The position numbers were made by a program, and so were the translations under genes. Of a DNA stretch of 64,000 nucleotides, positions 32,321 to 42,424 are shown piece by piece (positions within the stretch are counted from its first letter, which is position 1; each line of letters opens with the position of its first letter). The stretch comes from Trueperaceae bacterium (GTDB lineage Bacteria > Deinococcota > Deinococci > Deinococcales > Trueperaceae): positions 2,816,001 to 2,880,000 of the forward strand of contig OZ243913.1 of NCBI GenBank assembly GCA_965213705.1, in the 5' to 3' direction. The notes under the pieces are model-generated. The model saw nothing but the letters and a program-made list of their open reading frames with translations, had not been told where the DNA came from and made no database searches.

Positions 32321-35224
32321 GTGAAAAAGAGAAAGCAGGAACCGTTCCTTCACAAAAACTCTGAAGGAAAATATGTCTCTGGTGTTGGGCCGGGCGTCGG
32401 ACTTGCTTTGGCAGAAGAATATTTCACTCAAGCTAGACAAGTGATACGTATTGCGACCGCTTACTTTAGTCTAAAGGGGTACAAGTCCGGAAGGAAATTT
32501 TATCCCCAAAGTGTCCAGGTGCGCGTACTGGTGGGACGAAGAGACAGTGTCGAAGTTCAAGCGGCTGTCATTGATGAGATAGAGGAAGAGCTAAAGAGTT
32601 GCGAAACTGACCTTTGGGAAACCGTTTATGAAATTGTCGAGCGTATTAGAGTAGGGCAGTTTATCATCCGTGACGCCCGAAGGATAGACACACCGTTCCA
32701 CTGCAAGTTCTATATCTCTGATGACGAGCTTCTTTGGCATGGTTCAGCAAATTATTCTTGGAATGGCTTGAGTATAAATGCCGAACAAGTTAGCTTTATA
32801 CATGATCCAGCTCAAATTAACGGTTTTATAAATTGGTATGACCAAATCGCCAACGATGCTTTTGACTTACTCAAAGAACTTAAAGAACGCCTAGAAAGAT
32901 GGCTCGAGCTCGCTAAGCCTTTCGACATATACCTTAAAGCACTTTTTATTTTCTACAACTTGCCGAGTTATAGCGTTAGAGGGGATGCCCATTCACCCAC
33001 GTACTTCCAAAAGGGTTTTGTAATCAGCGTTCTCTCCCAACTAGAAAGCTTTGGGGGAGCTATAGGCATAGCCGCAACGGGACTGGGGAAAACTGTCATG
33101 GGTACAGAAATCGCTGGTCAGTTACAACAGCAAGGCAAAATAAAAAGGGTCATCATCATCGCTCCTGGAAGTGTACGTGAGAACTGGCGAAAAGAGTTTG
33201 AAGGTAGAGATATTAATTTTGAATTTTTTAGTCTTGAGATCTCATTTCGAGAGGGCTCTGATAGTTTTCATCATCAAGTTTCGAGACTGGACAGAAAGCT
33301 CGAGGAGGCGGATACCAATACTTTTATTTTGGTTGACGAAGCACACCGCTATAAAAACCAACTTAAGGAGAGCGACGATCCGGATTCAACAAGCCTAGTT
33401 TACGAAAGACTAATGCCGGCTATAAATAGGAGGGCCAAAATTGTACTACTTACAGCCACCGCCTACAGTACAAGCCTAAAAAACCTCAATAGCCTACTCT
33501 ACTTGTTGCCTTGGGTTAACAAAAACGCGTTTGACCTAACGGTCCCCTGGAATACGCGAACCATTGATGATTTTACGCAACTTCCGGTAGTAACAATTTT
33601 GGGACTGCCACATGTTCAGAAAATGGCGGAGGCGAGAGGAGATATTGATGAAGCGGGAAGACCCTTTTTTGAATTTGTAAACGAAAAGCGCTATTTACCT
33701 GAGAGCATCAAATTGTACCCTGAGAACTACACATTGTGTATGGAAAACAGATTGTGCGAAGTTTTTGATAGACAGTGTTTCGACCATACAAGTAAAATGC
33801 CACACCTATTTTTTGATGACGAGACTTTTTCAGACCAGAGAGGTTTGACAGACTCAAGCTACAATACTGCGCTAACAAGCTGGCTGAGTTCCCCATCGGC
33901 TATGCGGGACAGCATAGTAAAAAATCTAGAAAAGCCTGGACGCGTAGGCGAAGAAAAGTTGTTCATGAGTAGTTTGGAGGAAATTTCCAAAGATGGGAGC
34001 GTTACTCAGCTAGGTTTGTGGAGCGAACACGACTTCGACAACTCAATTAGGGACACCGAGCCGGGGAGCGAGACGCCTATGTTGCTTCCCCTAAACAAAC
34101 GTAAGCGTTTACTCACTCCCGCCCTTGAGAGTTTGGAGGAGGTAATAAATAGAATAGAAGCAGATGACAAACTAGAGAAGTTGGAAAATATTATCGATTT
34201 AAACCTGATAATGAACGACTCAAAAATTATTATTTTCGTAAATCGGTACCTTACCGCCCTATATTTAGAGAAAGCTATAAAAGATACCTGCCATCAGGTT
34301 GTTTCCGTGGCTTGTACAGTCGAAGAGAGTGATGGATCTCCGAGGCTAAAATCTAGTGAACAACGTTATGAAGTACTCAGAAATTTTTCGCCCTCATCCC
34401 ACAATTATGTATCAGATAATGAGTACAACATACTCATCTGTACAGATGCTGACGGTATAGGTGTGAACCTACAAGATGCCAGCATTATCGTCAACTATGA
34501 CCCACCTAAGGGCGCAGATGAACTTTTTCAACGGGCGGGACGAGTCCTGCGGATAACAAAGGAACCACGAAGAATCATTCATATCTATACGCTCATACCA
34601 TCCATAGTAAACGAGGATAGTAGCGGTTCGCGCGTAAAAAGGGATGTCTGTCGGGTCTTTGAACGAATACAGAAGCGGCATGACAAATCAAGGCGTGTAC
34701 TTGGATCTGACGTTCTGTCACTTCATCAACTTTCAGAAATTACCCTTGAAAGTGAAGTGGATGTAGACAAGTTAATGCGCGAAGAGAATTTGGAATGGCG
34801 TGGGCCTCCCAGGACTATCGCCGATCATCAATCGGTATTAAGTAAACACTTTAATCATGCCGAGCTACTGCCGGACTGTATTTTTAGTGCTTGTTACCAT
34901 GCTCACAAGAGTCCCAAAGTGTTTGTTCTCCTTCACAATACCGATACTACGGAATACTACAGGATTCTCTTTGACCCTACAACTAAAGAGGTCAAACCGC
35001 TAAGCATTCCGGAAACGTTGAATTTACTAGCGTGCCCCGAAGCAGAAGAACGCGCTCCTATTGATACGAAGTACATAGAGCAGGATGCAAACCAGGCTGC
35101 ACAAATCTGGTGCGAGTCCGAAGACATTAACATCATTCAGGTGAACAAAATTTGCGTACTCTACCTTGCATCAAACAGCAATCGTAATAGTTTCAAGTCT
35201 TTTTTACGCCGAGAACCGTCTTAA
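32321..35224 (+). CDS. PLD-nuclease plus SF2 helicase fusion, low GC
   Basis: HCKFY...GSANYS (PLD HxK motif), Walker A ATGLGKT, DEAH, TAT, and helicase-C GVNLQDA...QRAGRVLR. Confidence 0.85.
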   Translation: MKKRKQEPFLHKNSEGKYVSGVGPGVGLALAEEYFTQARQVIRIATAYFSLKGYKSGRKFYPQSVQVRVLVGRRDSVEVQAAVIDEIEEELKSCETDLWETVYEIVERIRVGQFIIRDARRIDTPFHCKFYISDDELLWHGSANYSWNGLSINAEQVSFIHDPAQINGFINWYDQIANDAFDLLKELKERLERWLELAKPFDIYLKALFIFYNLPSYSVRGDAHSPTYFQKGFVISVLSQLESFGGAIGIAATGLGKTVMGTEIAGQLQQQGKIKRVIIIAPGSVRENWRKEFEGRDINFEFFSLEISFREGSDSFHHQVSRLDRKLEEADTNTFILVDEAHRYKNQLKESDDPDSTSLVYERLMPAINRRAKIVLLTATAYSTSLKNLNSLLYLLPWVNKNAFDLTVPWNTRTIDDFTQLPVVTILGLPHVQKMAEARGDIDEAGRPFFEFVNEKRYLPESIKLYPENYTLCMENRLCEVFDRQCFDHTSKMPHLFFDDETFSDQRGLTDSSYNTALTSWLSSPSAMRDSIVKNLEKPGRVGEEKLFMSSLEEISKDGSVTQLGLWSEHDFDNSIRDTEPGSETPMLLPLNKRKRLLTPALESLEEVINRIEADDKLEKLENIIDLNLIMNDSKIIIFVNRYLTALYLEKAIKDTCHQVVSVACTVEESDGSPRLKSSEQRYEVLRNFSPSSHNYVSDNEYNILICTDADGIGVNLQDASIIVNYDPPKGADELFQRAGRVLRITKEPRRIIHIYTLIPSIVNEDSSGSRVKRDVCRVFERIQKRHDKSRRVLGSDVLSLHQLSEITLESEVDVDKLMREENLEWRGPPRTIADHQSVLSKHFNHAELLPDCIFSACYHAHKSPKVFVLLHNTDTTEYYRILFDPTTKEVKPLSIPETLNLLACPEAEERAPIDTKYIEQDANQAAQIWCESEDINIIQVNKICVLYLASNSNRNSFKSFLRREPS

Positions 35225-35237
35225 TATTTACAAGAAC

Positions 35238-35660
35238 CTACACTTTTTCACCGAAAACCGTCGCCACCAATTGCCGTCTTCCCCCACGCTCGCGGTGCTC
35301 GCACAGGTAAATGCCTTGCCAGGTACCCAGGGCCAGCGCGCCATCCCGAATTGGTAAGGTGAGCGAACTGCCCAGCAACGCCGCCTTGACGTGCGCGGGC
35401 ATGTCGTCCGGGCCTTCTAAAGTGTGCCGAAAATAGTCAGCCCCGTCCGGCACCGCGCGGCGGAAATAGCGCTTGAAATCGGCCAAGACCGCCGGTGAAG
35501 CGTTTTCGTTGAGGGCAAGACTCGCCGAGGTGTGTTGGATGAAGAGATGCAGTAGGCCGACTTTGAAGTTTGCAAGCTCGAGCCCCGCCAACACTTCGTC
35601 CGTGACGAGGTGAAAGCCTCGAGGTTTCGCCGCCAGTAAAATATCGTGCTGTTGCCACAT
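35238..35660 (-). CDS. yjbQ: YjbQ-family secondary thiamine-phosphate synthase
   Basis: [22 protein letters not shown] and [13 protein letters not shown] motifs. Confidence 0.92.
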   Translation of the reverse strand: MWQQHDILLAAKPRGFHLVTDEVLAGLELANFKVGLLHLFIQHTSASLALNENASPAVLADFKRYFRRAVPDGADYFRHTLEGPDDMPAHVKAALLGSSLTLPIRDGALALGTWQGIYLCEHRERGGRRQLVATVFGEKV

Positions 35661-35848
35661 CGCACAAGCTTAGCAAGTCTCGAGCCGGGCAAACAGGCTT
35701 TTCTCCCCCACTCCGTCCCCCACTTTCAAAATGTCGGTCACAGGCATCCTCTACAAAACCTTGTGTGCTACACTGGCCCGTTAAACGCCTTGACGAACAT
35801 CGTTTCTCATCTGATTTCGTTCGGGTAAAGCTTTTACGAGGAGTTGTC

Positions 35849-36118
35849 ATGTCACTGACCAAAGAGCGCAAGCAAGAGATTGTCACGCAGTACGGCGAGT
35901 CCAGCACCGACACGGGTTCGACCGAAGTTCAAATCGCCATGCTCACCGCGCAAATTCAAAGCCTGAGCGAGCACCTGCAAGCGCACAAAAAAGACCACCA
36001 CGGTCGTCGCGGTTTGTTGATGATGGTGGGAAAGCGCAAGCGCCTGTTGAGCTACCTGGAAAAAACGGACTACGAGGGTTACAAAAGCCTGATTCAAAAG
36101 CTGGGCCTGCGCCGTTAG
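35849..36118 (+). CDS. rpsO: 30S ribosomal protein S15
   Basis: [13 protein letters not shown] and [22 protein letters not shown] motifs. Confidence 0.98.
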   Translation: MSLTKERKQEIVTQYGESSTDTGSTEVQIAMLTAQIQSLSEHLQAHKKDHHGRRGLLMMVGKRKRLLSYLEKTDYEGYKSLIQKLGLRR

Positions 36119-36175
36119 GTACGTGCCGCCCACCGGCTTTGCAAAATTCTCGACCCGGCACGACGAGGGGTAATG

Positions 36176-36209
36176 GAGCGAGGCAGCACCGGCCTCGCTC
36201 TTTATTTTT
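36176..36209 (+). terminator. Terminator/attenuator hairpin between rpsO and pnp
   Basis: GAGCGAGGC...GCCTCGCTC followed by TTTATTTTT. Confidence 0.75.
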
Positions 36210-36265
36210 GCGACGCTATTTTGGGAGCACCTATTTTATGAAAAAAATAAAGGAGTTAAACAGGT

Positions 36266-38464
36266 ATGGATAAACCCGCAGGTAAACGCTACAGCACGAT
36301 GTTGGGCGGCCGTGAGTTGGTGCTCGAGACGGGCAAGTACGCCAAACTGGTCTCGGGCAGCGTCACGGTTCGCTACGGCGACACGATGCTCCTAGTCACC
36401 GCGCAAATGTCCGACTCGGCCTCGCCGATGGACTTTTTGCCGCTGACCGTCGAGTACGAGGAGCGCCACTACGCCATCGGCAAGATTCCGGGCTCGTTTT
36501 TGCGGCGCGAGGGTCGGCCGGGTACTCAAGCGACGCTGAACGCCCGCGTCATCGACCGCCAAATCCGCCCGCTGTTTCCCAAAACGCTGCGCAACGAAGT
36601 CCAAATTATCGTCACGGTGCTGAGCGCCGACCAGGTCACCGAGCCCGGCACCCTCGCGGCCATCGGCGCGTCGGCGGCGCTGTCGATAAGCAACATTCCC
36701 TGGGACGGCCCCACAGCCTGCGCCAACGTCGGCTACGAAAACAATTCTTATATTCTCAACCCGAGTTTGGAGCAAGCGGAAAACGGCATGTCGCAGCTCG
36801 AGCTGACCGTCGCCATCACCAAAGACGCCGTCCTCATGGTCGAAGCGAGCGCGGACGAGCTGAACGAAGACGTGATGGTCGGTGCGATTGAGTTTGCACA
36901 AAGCGAGCTAAAGCCCGTCATCGACCTCATCGAACAGATGAAAAACGAAGTCGGCGAGGAAAAAGTCCAGGACTACGCCACCTCGACCGAGTTGAACCAA
37001 GAGGACATCGAAAGAATGGTGAGCGAAACCACGGCGGCGGGTTTGCGCGACGTGCTGCTCACCAAAGGCAAGCACGACCGCTCGGTGGCGACGAAAGCGT
37101 TGCGCGACGGCATTCTGTCCCGACTGGTTCCTGACCCGGAGGCCGAGGGCGCTCGAGAGCGCACCGCCGAACTCAAAGGGGCCTTCGGCAAGGCCCAACA
37201 AAAAGAACTCCGGCGCATGGTTCTGGAAGAAAACCTCCGCAGCGACGGCCGCCGCCCGGACGAAATCCGCCCGATTTGGATAGAAACCGGCGTCGTGCCG
37301 ATGGCCCACGGCTCGGCCGTGTTCACCCGCGGCGAGACGCAAGTCTTGGGCGTGACCACGCTCGGCACCGGCAAGGACAACCGGCTGGTAGACGACCTCG
37401 GTTTGGAAAACTCCGAAGAGTTTATGCTGCACTACAACTTCCCGCCCTTTTCGACCGGCGAGGCGAAGCGGTTGCGCGGCGTGTCACGTCGCGAACTCGG
37501 CCACGGCAACTTAGCGCGGCGGGCTCTGGAGCGCATGATTCCCTCGCAAGAGACGTTTCCCTACGTCATCCGCGTGGTCGGGGAAACTTTAGAGTCGAAC
37601 GGTTCGTCGTCGATGGCGACGGTCTGCGCCGGAACCTTGAGCCTGATGGACGCGGGCGTACCCCTGAAAAAACCCGTCGCGGGCATCGCGATGGGACTCG
37701 TCAAAGAAGGTGACGACTACAAGATTCTCTCCGACATCTTAGGCTCGGAAGACGCGCTCGGCGACATGGATTTTAAAGTCACCGGCACCCGCGACGGCGT
37801 GACCGCGCTGCAGATGGACATCAAAATCAAGGGCATCACCGCCGAGATTATGCGCAAAGCCTTGCAGCAGGCGCGTGAAGGCCGCGTGCATATCCTCGAG
37901 AAGATGGGCGAAGTCTTGGACGCCCCGCGTAGCGAGGTTTCCGAGCGCGCCCCCCGCGTGTTGCAAATCAACATCCCCACCGACAAAATCGGCGCGGTCA
38001 TCGGGCCGGGCGGCAAGCAGATTCGAGAATTGGAAGCTTACGGCGCTAAAATCGACATCGAAGAGGACGGCACGGTTCGCATCTACAGCGAAGACTCCGA
38101 GGCCGCCAAAAAGGTGCAGACCTTTATCGAGGGCCTCACCGAAACCGTCGAGGTCGGCAAGATTTACGAGGGCAAGGTCGCCAAAACGCTCGAGTTCGGC
38201 GCGTTCGTGAACCTCATCCCCGGCACCGACGGGCTGCTGCACATCTCGCAAATCGCCGAGGAGCGTGTGGAGAACGTCGGCGACTACCTCAAAGAAGGCG
38301 ACACGCTGAAAGTCAAAGTGAACAGCATCGACAGCCGCGGCAAAATCGACCTCGTCCGGCCCGAGTTGGAAGGCAAGGTCGCGCCTCGAGCCCCCAAACG
38401 CGAAGGCGGCGGGGGCGGCGGGCGTGACCGGGGTGGCGACCGCGGGCGTGGCAGCAGGCGCTGA
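36266..38464 (+). CDS. pnp: Polyribonucleotide nucleotidyltransferase
   Basis: Two RNase PH domains (FTRGETQ, ESNGSSSMA, DMDFKVTG) plus KH and S1 domains. Confidence 0.98.
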   Translation: MDKPAGKRYSTMLGGRELVLETGKYAKLVSGSVTVRYGDTMLLVTAQMSDSASPMDFLPLTVEYEERHYAIGKIPGSFLRREGRPGTQATLNARVIDRQIRPLFPKTLRNEVQIIVTVLSADQVTEPGTLAAIGASAALSISNIPWDGPTACANVGYENNSYILNPSLEQAENGMSQLELTVAITKDAVLMVEASADELNEDVMVGAIEFAQSELKPVIDLIEQMKNEVGEEKVQDYATSTELNQEDIERMVSETTAAGLRDVLLTKGKHDRSVATKALRDGILSRLVPDPEAEGARERTAELKGAFGKAQQKELRRMVLEENLRSDGRRPDEIRPIWIETGVVPMAHGSAVFTRGETQVLGVTTLGTGKDNRLVDDLGLENSEEFMLHYNFPPFSTGEAKRLRGVSRRELGHGNLARRALERMIPSQETFPYVIRVVGETLESNGSSSMATVCAGTLSLMDAGVPLKKPVAGIAMGLVKEGDDYKILSDILGSEDALGDMDFKVTGTRDGVTALQMDIKIKGITAEIMRKALQQAREGRVHILEKMGEVLDAPRSEVSERAPRVLQINIPTDKIGAVIGPGGKQIRELEAYGAKIDIEEDGTVRIYSEDSEAAKKVQTFIEGLTETVEVGKIYEGKVAKTLEFGAFVNLIPGTDGLLHISQIAEERVENVGDYLKEGDTLKVKVNSIDSRGKIDLVRPELEGKVAPRAPKREGGGGGGRDRGGDRGRGSRR

Positions 38465-38530
38465 GTAGAAAGTACCGAGGACCGAGTGGAAAGTACCGAG
38501 TAAAGAGAAAAGTCAAAAGCTTTTCTCTCC
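38464..38530 (+). repeat. Degenerate heptamer tandem repeat (AGTNNNN), copy 1
   Basis: AGTAGAA AGTACCG AGGACCG AGTGGAA AGTACCG AGTAAAG...AAGCTTTTCTCT directly after the pnp stop. Confidence 0.75.
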
Positions 38531-38749
38531 ATCTCCACAAAGTTTTCTCGCGTTGCTCGGAACTGCTTCCTAAAGAAGCAAGTTGAGCGAGTAAGCATTA
38601 TCCGCACCACGCGGCGAGACACTTTTTACACCTCGCTCGCCCCAAACCCGCTAGGGTTGAATCAATCCCGCCTCCTCTCGAGCGGTTTCAACTTCGGGAG
38701 GCTGTCCGCGCAGGTTTCAAATCCCGCCGGGCTGCACCAAAAGGAGCTT

Positions 38750-40486
38750 ATGAATAACCGAAACGGCAACAACGACAAGTCCAGAAACAACGGCAATACC
38801 AAAAGTAACAACACGTCTAAAGACGCCAAAGACAGCAGCGAGCGCAAACTCCATATCATTCCCATCGGCGGCATGGGCGAAATCGGCAAGAACATGATAG
38901 CGATGGAGTACGAGGACGAAATCCTGCTCATCGACGGCGGTCTGGCGTTCCCCGACGCGGACATGTTAGGCGTCGATTTGCTCGTCCCGAAAATCGACTG
39001 GGTGGTCGAAAACGCCCACAAAATCAAGGGCTGGGTTCTCACCCACGGCCACGAAGACCACATCGGCGGGCTGCCCTACATGCTCAAACTGCTGCCCAAA
39101 ATCCCCATGTACGGCGCGAAGCTCACTTTGGGATTCTTGCGCGGCAAGTTTGAGGAGTTCAAACTCTCGGAAAACGACGTAGACCTGCGCGAGGTCACGA
39201 CCGACGACCGCATCAAAATCAGCAAGTACTTCACGGTCGACTACTTCCGCATGACCCACTCGATTCCCGACAATTCGGGCTTCATCATCCATACGCCCAT
39301 CGGCCGAATTGTCCACTCGGGCGACTTCAAGCTCGACTACCACCCGGCCGACGGCAAGACGAGCCACCTCCACAAACTCGCGCAGGCGGGCGAGGAGGGC
39401 GTGCTCGCGCTCATCAGCGACTCGACCAACGCCGAGCGCCCCGGCTACACGCCGAGCGAGCGCGACGTAATGACGGCGGTCGAAGAAATCGTCTCCAAAA
39501 CCAAGGGCCGCGTCATCGTCACGACGTTCAGCTCGCACGTCCACCGCTTGCAAAACTTCATCCGCGTGGCCGAGCGCCACGACCGCCGCGTCATCATTGA
39601 AGGCCGCTCGATGATTAAGAACACTTCAATCGCGCAAGAACTCGGCTATCTGGAAGTCAAGCAGCCGCTCGTCAGCAGCAACGAGATTTCCGAACTGCAA
39701 GACGACAAGGTGCTGTTCCTATGCACCGGCTCGCAAGGTCAGCCGATGGCGGCCTTGTCCCGCCTCGCCTCTGGCACCCACTCGAAGATTCAACTCAAGC
39801 CGGGCGACACCGTTATCATGTCGTCGAACCCGATTCCCGGCAACGAAGAGGCCGTGGGCCGCGTCATCAACGCGCTGTACGAGCGCAAGGTAAATGTGTA
39901 CTACCCGCCGACCTACAAGGTTCACGCCTCGGGCCACGCTTCGCAGGAGGAACTCAAACTCATCCTCGACCTCACCCGGCCGACCTTTTTCATCCCCTGG
40001 CACGGCGAGATGCGCCACCAGGTCAACCACCAGAAACTCGCGGGCGGCATGGCGAACCCGCCCAAAAAGAGCCTCATCGTCGAGAACGGCGACATCATCG
40101 AACTGACCCGCGACGACATGAAAGTCGTCGGGCAAATCGACGCGGGCGTCGTTTACATCGACAGCGTGGGCCGGCGCAAGGGCGAGGAAACGAGCGAGCC
40201 CATCATCCGCGACCGGCAAGCACTGTCGAGCGAAGGCATCGTCATGATTGTCGCCGTCATGGGCCGCCAGCCGAGCGTCGAGGTCATCAGCCGCGGCGTG
40301 GTGAGCCGAGACCACGACCTGCACAAGGAAATCGAAAACATCGCGATGGAAGGTTTGAAGCGCGGCATCAAGGAAAAGCGCCGCCACAACGACATCCGCG
40401 ACGACATCTTTTACCCGGTGCGGCGCTACCTGCGCAAGGCGACGGGGCGGAATCCTCTCATTGTGCCGACGCTCGTGGAGGGCTGA
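38750..40486 (+). CDS. rnj: Ribonuclease J
   Basis: IPIGGMGEIGKN, THGHEDHIGG, HSIPD, SDSTNAE and HASGHA motifs; Asn-rich N-terminal tail. Confidence 0.96.
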   Translation: MNNRNGNNDKSRNNGNTKSNNTSKDAKDSSERKLHIIPIGGMGEIGKNMIAMEYEDEILLIDGGLAFPDADMLGVDLLVPKIDWVVENAHKIKGWVLTHGHEDHIGGLPYMLKLLPKIPMYGAKLTLGFLRGKFEEFKLSENDVDLREVTTDDRIKISKYFTVDYFRMTHSIPDNSGFIIHTPIGRIVHSGDFKLDYHPADGKTSHLHKLAQAGEEGVLALISDSTNAERPGYTPSERDVMTAVEEIVSKTKGRVIVTTFSSHVHRLQNFIRVAERHDRRVIIEGRSMIKNTSIAQELGYLEVKQPLVSSNEISELQDDKVLFLCTGSQGQPMAALSRLASGTHSKIQLKPGDTVIMSSNPIPGNEEAVGRVINALYERKVNVYYPPTYKVHASGHASQEELKLILDLTRPTFFIPWHGEMRHQVNHQKLAGGMANPPKKSLIVENGDIIELTRDDMKVVGQIDAGVVYIDSVGRRKGEETSEPIIRDRQALSSEGIVMIVAVMGRQPSVEVISRGVVSRDHDLHKEIENIAMEGLKRGIKEKRRHNDIRDDIFYPVRRYLRKATGRNPLIVPTLVEG

Positions 40487-40699
40487 GGCTAGACTTCATA
40501 AAACGGCTTGATTGATGAGGGCGGTCGCGTGGTGCGGCCGTCCTCGTTTTGTTGTTGGGGCAGTCGGTTCGGGGCCGCGGTTGGACCCCTCCGCCCTTCG
40601 GGCACCTCCCCTTAAAGGAGAGGCGGGAGCGCGAGGTCAAAGGTTATGTGTTTCGACTCGAGAACACAAACCTTATCTATGTGTAAAGTGATTATCCTC

Positions 40700-40728
40700 T
40701 TGACAAAACGTTGTAGGTATACAACAAT
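40700..40728 (+). promoter_or_regulatory. Promoter with palindromic operator for the XRE operon
   Basis: TTGACA at 40700, followed by the inverted repeat GTTGTA-GGTA-TACAAC (40710-40725) in the spacer/-10 region. Confidence 0.65.
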
Positions 40729-40762
40729 GTGTTTTAGAAACGTCAAGAATTGAGGTGCATGT

Positions 40763-41029
40763 GTGCCACCCAACAAACTGACCATCCACAACCGAATCAG
40801 CGTTTTACGCGCCGAGCGCGATTTGTCCCGCAAAGACTTGGCCGACGCGGTGGGGGTGAACTTTCAGACGATTGGCTACCTCGAGCGCGGGGACTACAAC
40901 CCGAGTTTGGAACTCGCTTTCAAACTCAGCGACTATTTCAGCCTACCCATCGAGGTCATCTTTTCGACCCGACCCCTCAAACCCTTAAGTGAAGCTCTTA
41001 TGGAGCTTAGAGAAAAGGAGAAAGTATGA
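40763..41029 (+). CDS. Small XRE-family HTH transcriptional regulator
   Basis: NRISVLRAERDLSRKDLADAVGVNFQTIGYLERGDYNPSLELAFKL. Confidence 0.92.
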   Translation: MPPNKLTIHNRISVLRAERDLSRKDLADAVGVNFQTIGYLERGDYNPSLELAFKLSDYFSLPIEVIFSTRPLKPLSEALMELREKEKV

Positions 41030-41505
41030 AAACAGGTATAGTCAAACGCTCGAGTCGCCGGTTCTACGTGGTTTTAACAGGACTCAGCTACGTCCTTTTG
41101 GTGAGCTTTTGGGCACTTGCAAACTCACTCGCCAACGACTGGTTGATGCTTCCGACTTTACTGGCTGCACTTACGTTCCTCTATAGTTTTTCACGTATCT
41201 TCATCGGGACTCAAGCCTGGAACGTTGCCAACCGCAGCGCTGCCGAAGCCGACGAGCGTCAACGAATCGTGCGCGACAGGGCGCACTTTTGGGCTTACCT
41301 TTACGCAAGTATTTTTGCCCTCCTGAGTCTGACGTACTGGTACTTTGCGGGTGAACTCGGCTGGTGGTTACCGCGCGGGTACGGTGAGCGCACCGCGACC
41401 TTCTGGACGCTTCTTCTCCTCATTCCATCGTTGCCCTCCGCCATCATCGCCTGGCTCGAGCCCGACCCCGTTGAAGACGTTTTTGAAGAAAGGACTTTAG
41501 CATGA
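41026..41505 (+). CDS. Membrane protein, DERQ/WLEPDP paralogue 1
   Basis: About 4 TM helices; ADERQR; LPSAIIAWLEPDP; start overlaps the XRE stop. Confidence 0.8.
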   Translation: MKTGIVKRSSRRFYVVLTGLSYVLLVSFWALANSLANDWLMLPTLLAALTFLYSFSRIFIGTQAWNVANRSAAEADERQRIVRDRAHFWAYLYASIFALLSLTYWYFAGELGWWLPRGYGERTATFWTLLLLIPSLPSAIIAWLEPDPVEDVFEERTLA

Positions 41506-41969
41506 TGGCAAACAGGTCGGTGCGGCGCGTTTTGGTGATTGCTTACTACCTCGTTCTTTTCGCGCTTTATCCGCTCGTACAGGGAGTGTTCTGGGAGACG
41601 GCGCTGTTTTTCGTCCTGCTGTTTGCATCTCCCGCGACGGCGGCGGGAACGGAAATGCTTAAAGCCCTAAACGACCCCGAGGCTAGGGCCGACGAGCGCC
41701 AAAAGGGAATCATCAACGAAACGATGAGAAAGACGTACGTCGTGCTGGCTGTAATGTTGCTCGTCCCCGCGTTCATGCTCGGGTTTACAGACGACCTACC
41801 CACCCGTGTCGGCGAGGCCGTTGACGGCTATTTGAGCTACCTGTTCAGCTTCCGAATCCTCTTCCTGTTGATTTCGACGCTGCCGCCCGCCGTGCTGATG
41901 TGGCTCGAGCCCGACCCAGTTCCCGAAACCGAAGAACCTGTCGAGAACGTGCGGGGAGGGGCACAGTGA
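41502..41969 (+). CDS. Membrane protein, DERQ/WLEPDP paralogue 2
   Basis: ADERQK; LPPAVLMWLEPDP; ATGA overlap. Confidence 0.8.
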   Translation: MMANRSVRRVLVIAYYLVLFALYPLVQGVFWETALFFVLLFASPATAAGTEMLKALNDPEARADERQKGIINETMRKTYVVLAVMLLVPAFMLGFTDDLPTRVGEAVDGYLSYLFSFRILFLLISTLPPAVLMWLEPDPVPETEEPVENVRGGAQ

Positions 41970-42424
41970 CCGCACTTGCCAACCGCCCGTCACGCCGGAC
42001 GCTGGTCGTTGTCTACTACGCCCTCTTTCTTTTCTACCCTTTTTTCGACGCAGTGCTCGGGTTTGCAGCTTTCGTACTCTTTTTATTCGTTTCGCCGTTC
42101 GTCCTCAAGCTCAGCAGTTTGGTGAGGGCTTACTACAACGACGACCCCGACGAGCGAGAAGTAGGGCTCATCAACCAGGCGCACCGCCTCGCTTACGGCG
42201 TCCTCGTCCCGACGGTTGTGGTCGTGATGCTCGTCAACCGCTACGGGGGTGAACCGGGTCCGGGGCTGCAAGCGCTGAGCCCCTACCTCGTTTTCGACCA
42301 CCTGCTGACGCTGCTCCCGTTCACAATCCTCGCCCTGACGCTGCCCGCCGCCGTGATGCTGTGGCTCGAGCCCGGCCCCGTTGAAGAAGATGCCTCTTCA
42401 GAACACACAAGGAGACTCACCTGA
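41966..42424 (+). CDS. Membrane protein, DERE/WLEPGP paralogue 3
   Basis: PDEREV; LPAAVMLWLEPGP; GTG start after GGAGG, overlapping the previous stop. Confidence 0.8.
   Translation: MTALANRPSRRTLVVVYYALFLFYPFFDAVLGFAAFVLFLFVSPFVLKLSSLVRAYYNDDPDEREVGLINQAHRLAYGVLVPTVVVVMLVNRYGGEPGPGLQALSPYLVFDHLLTLLPFTILALTLPAAVMLWLEPGPVEEDASSEHTRRLT

Noticed and set aside
38464..38530. CRISPR array suggested by repeats
   Set aside because: The units are 7-nt degenerate tandem repeats without unique spacers, and no cas genes are present.
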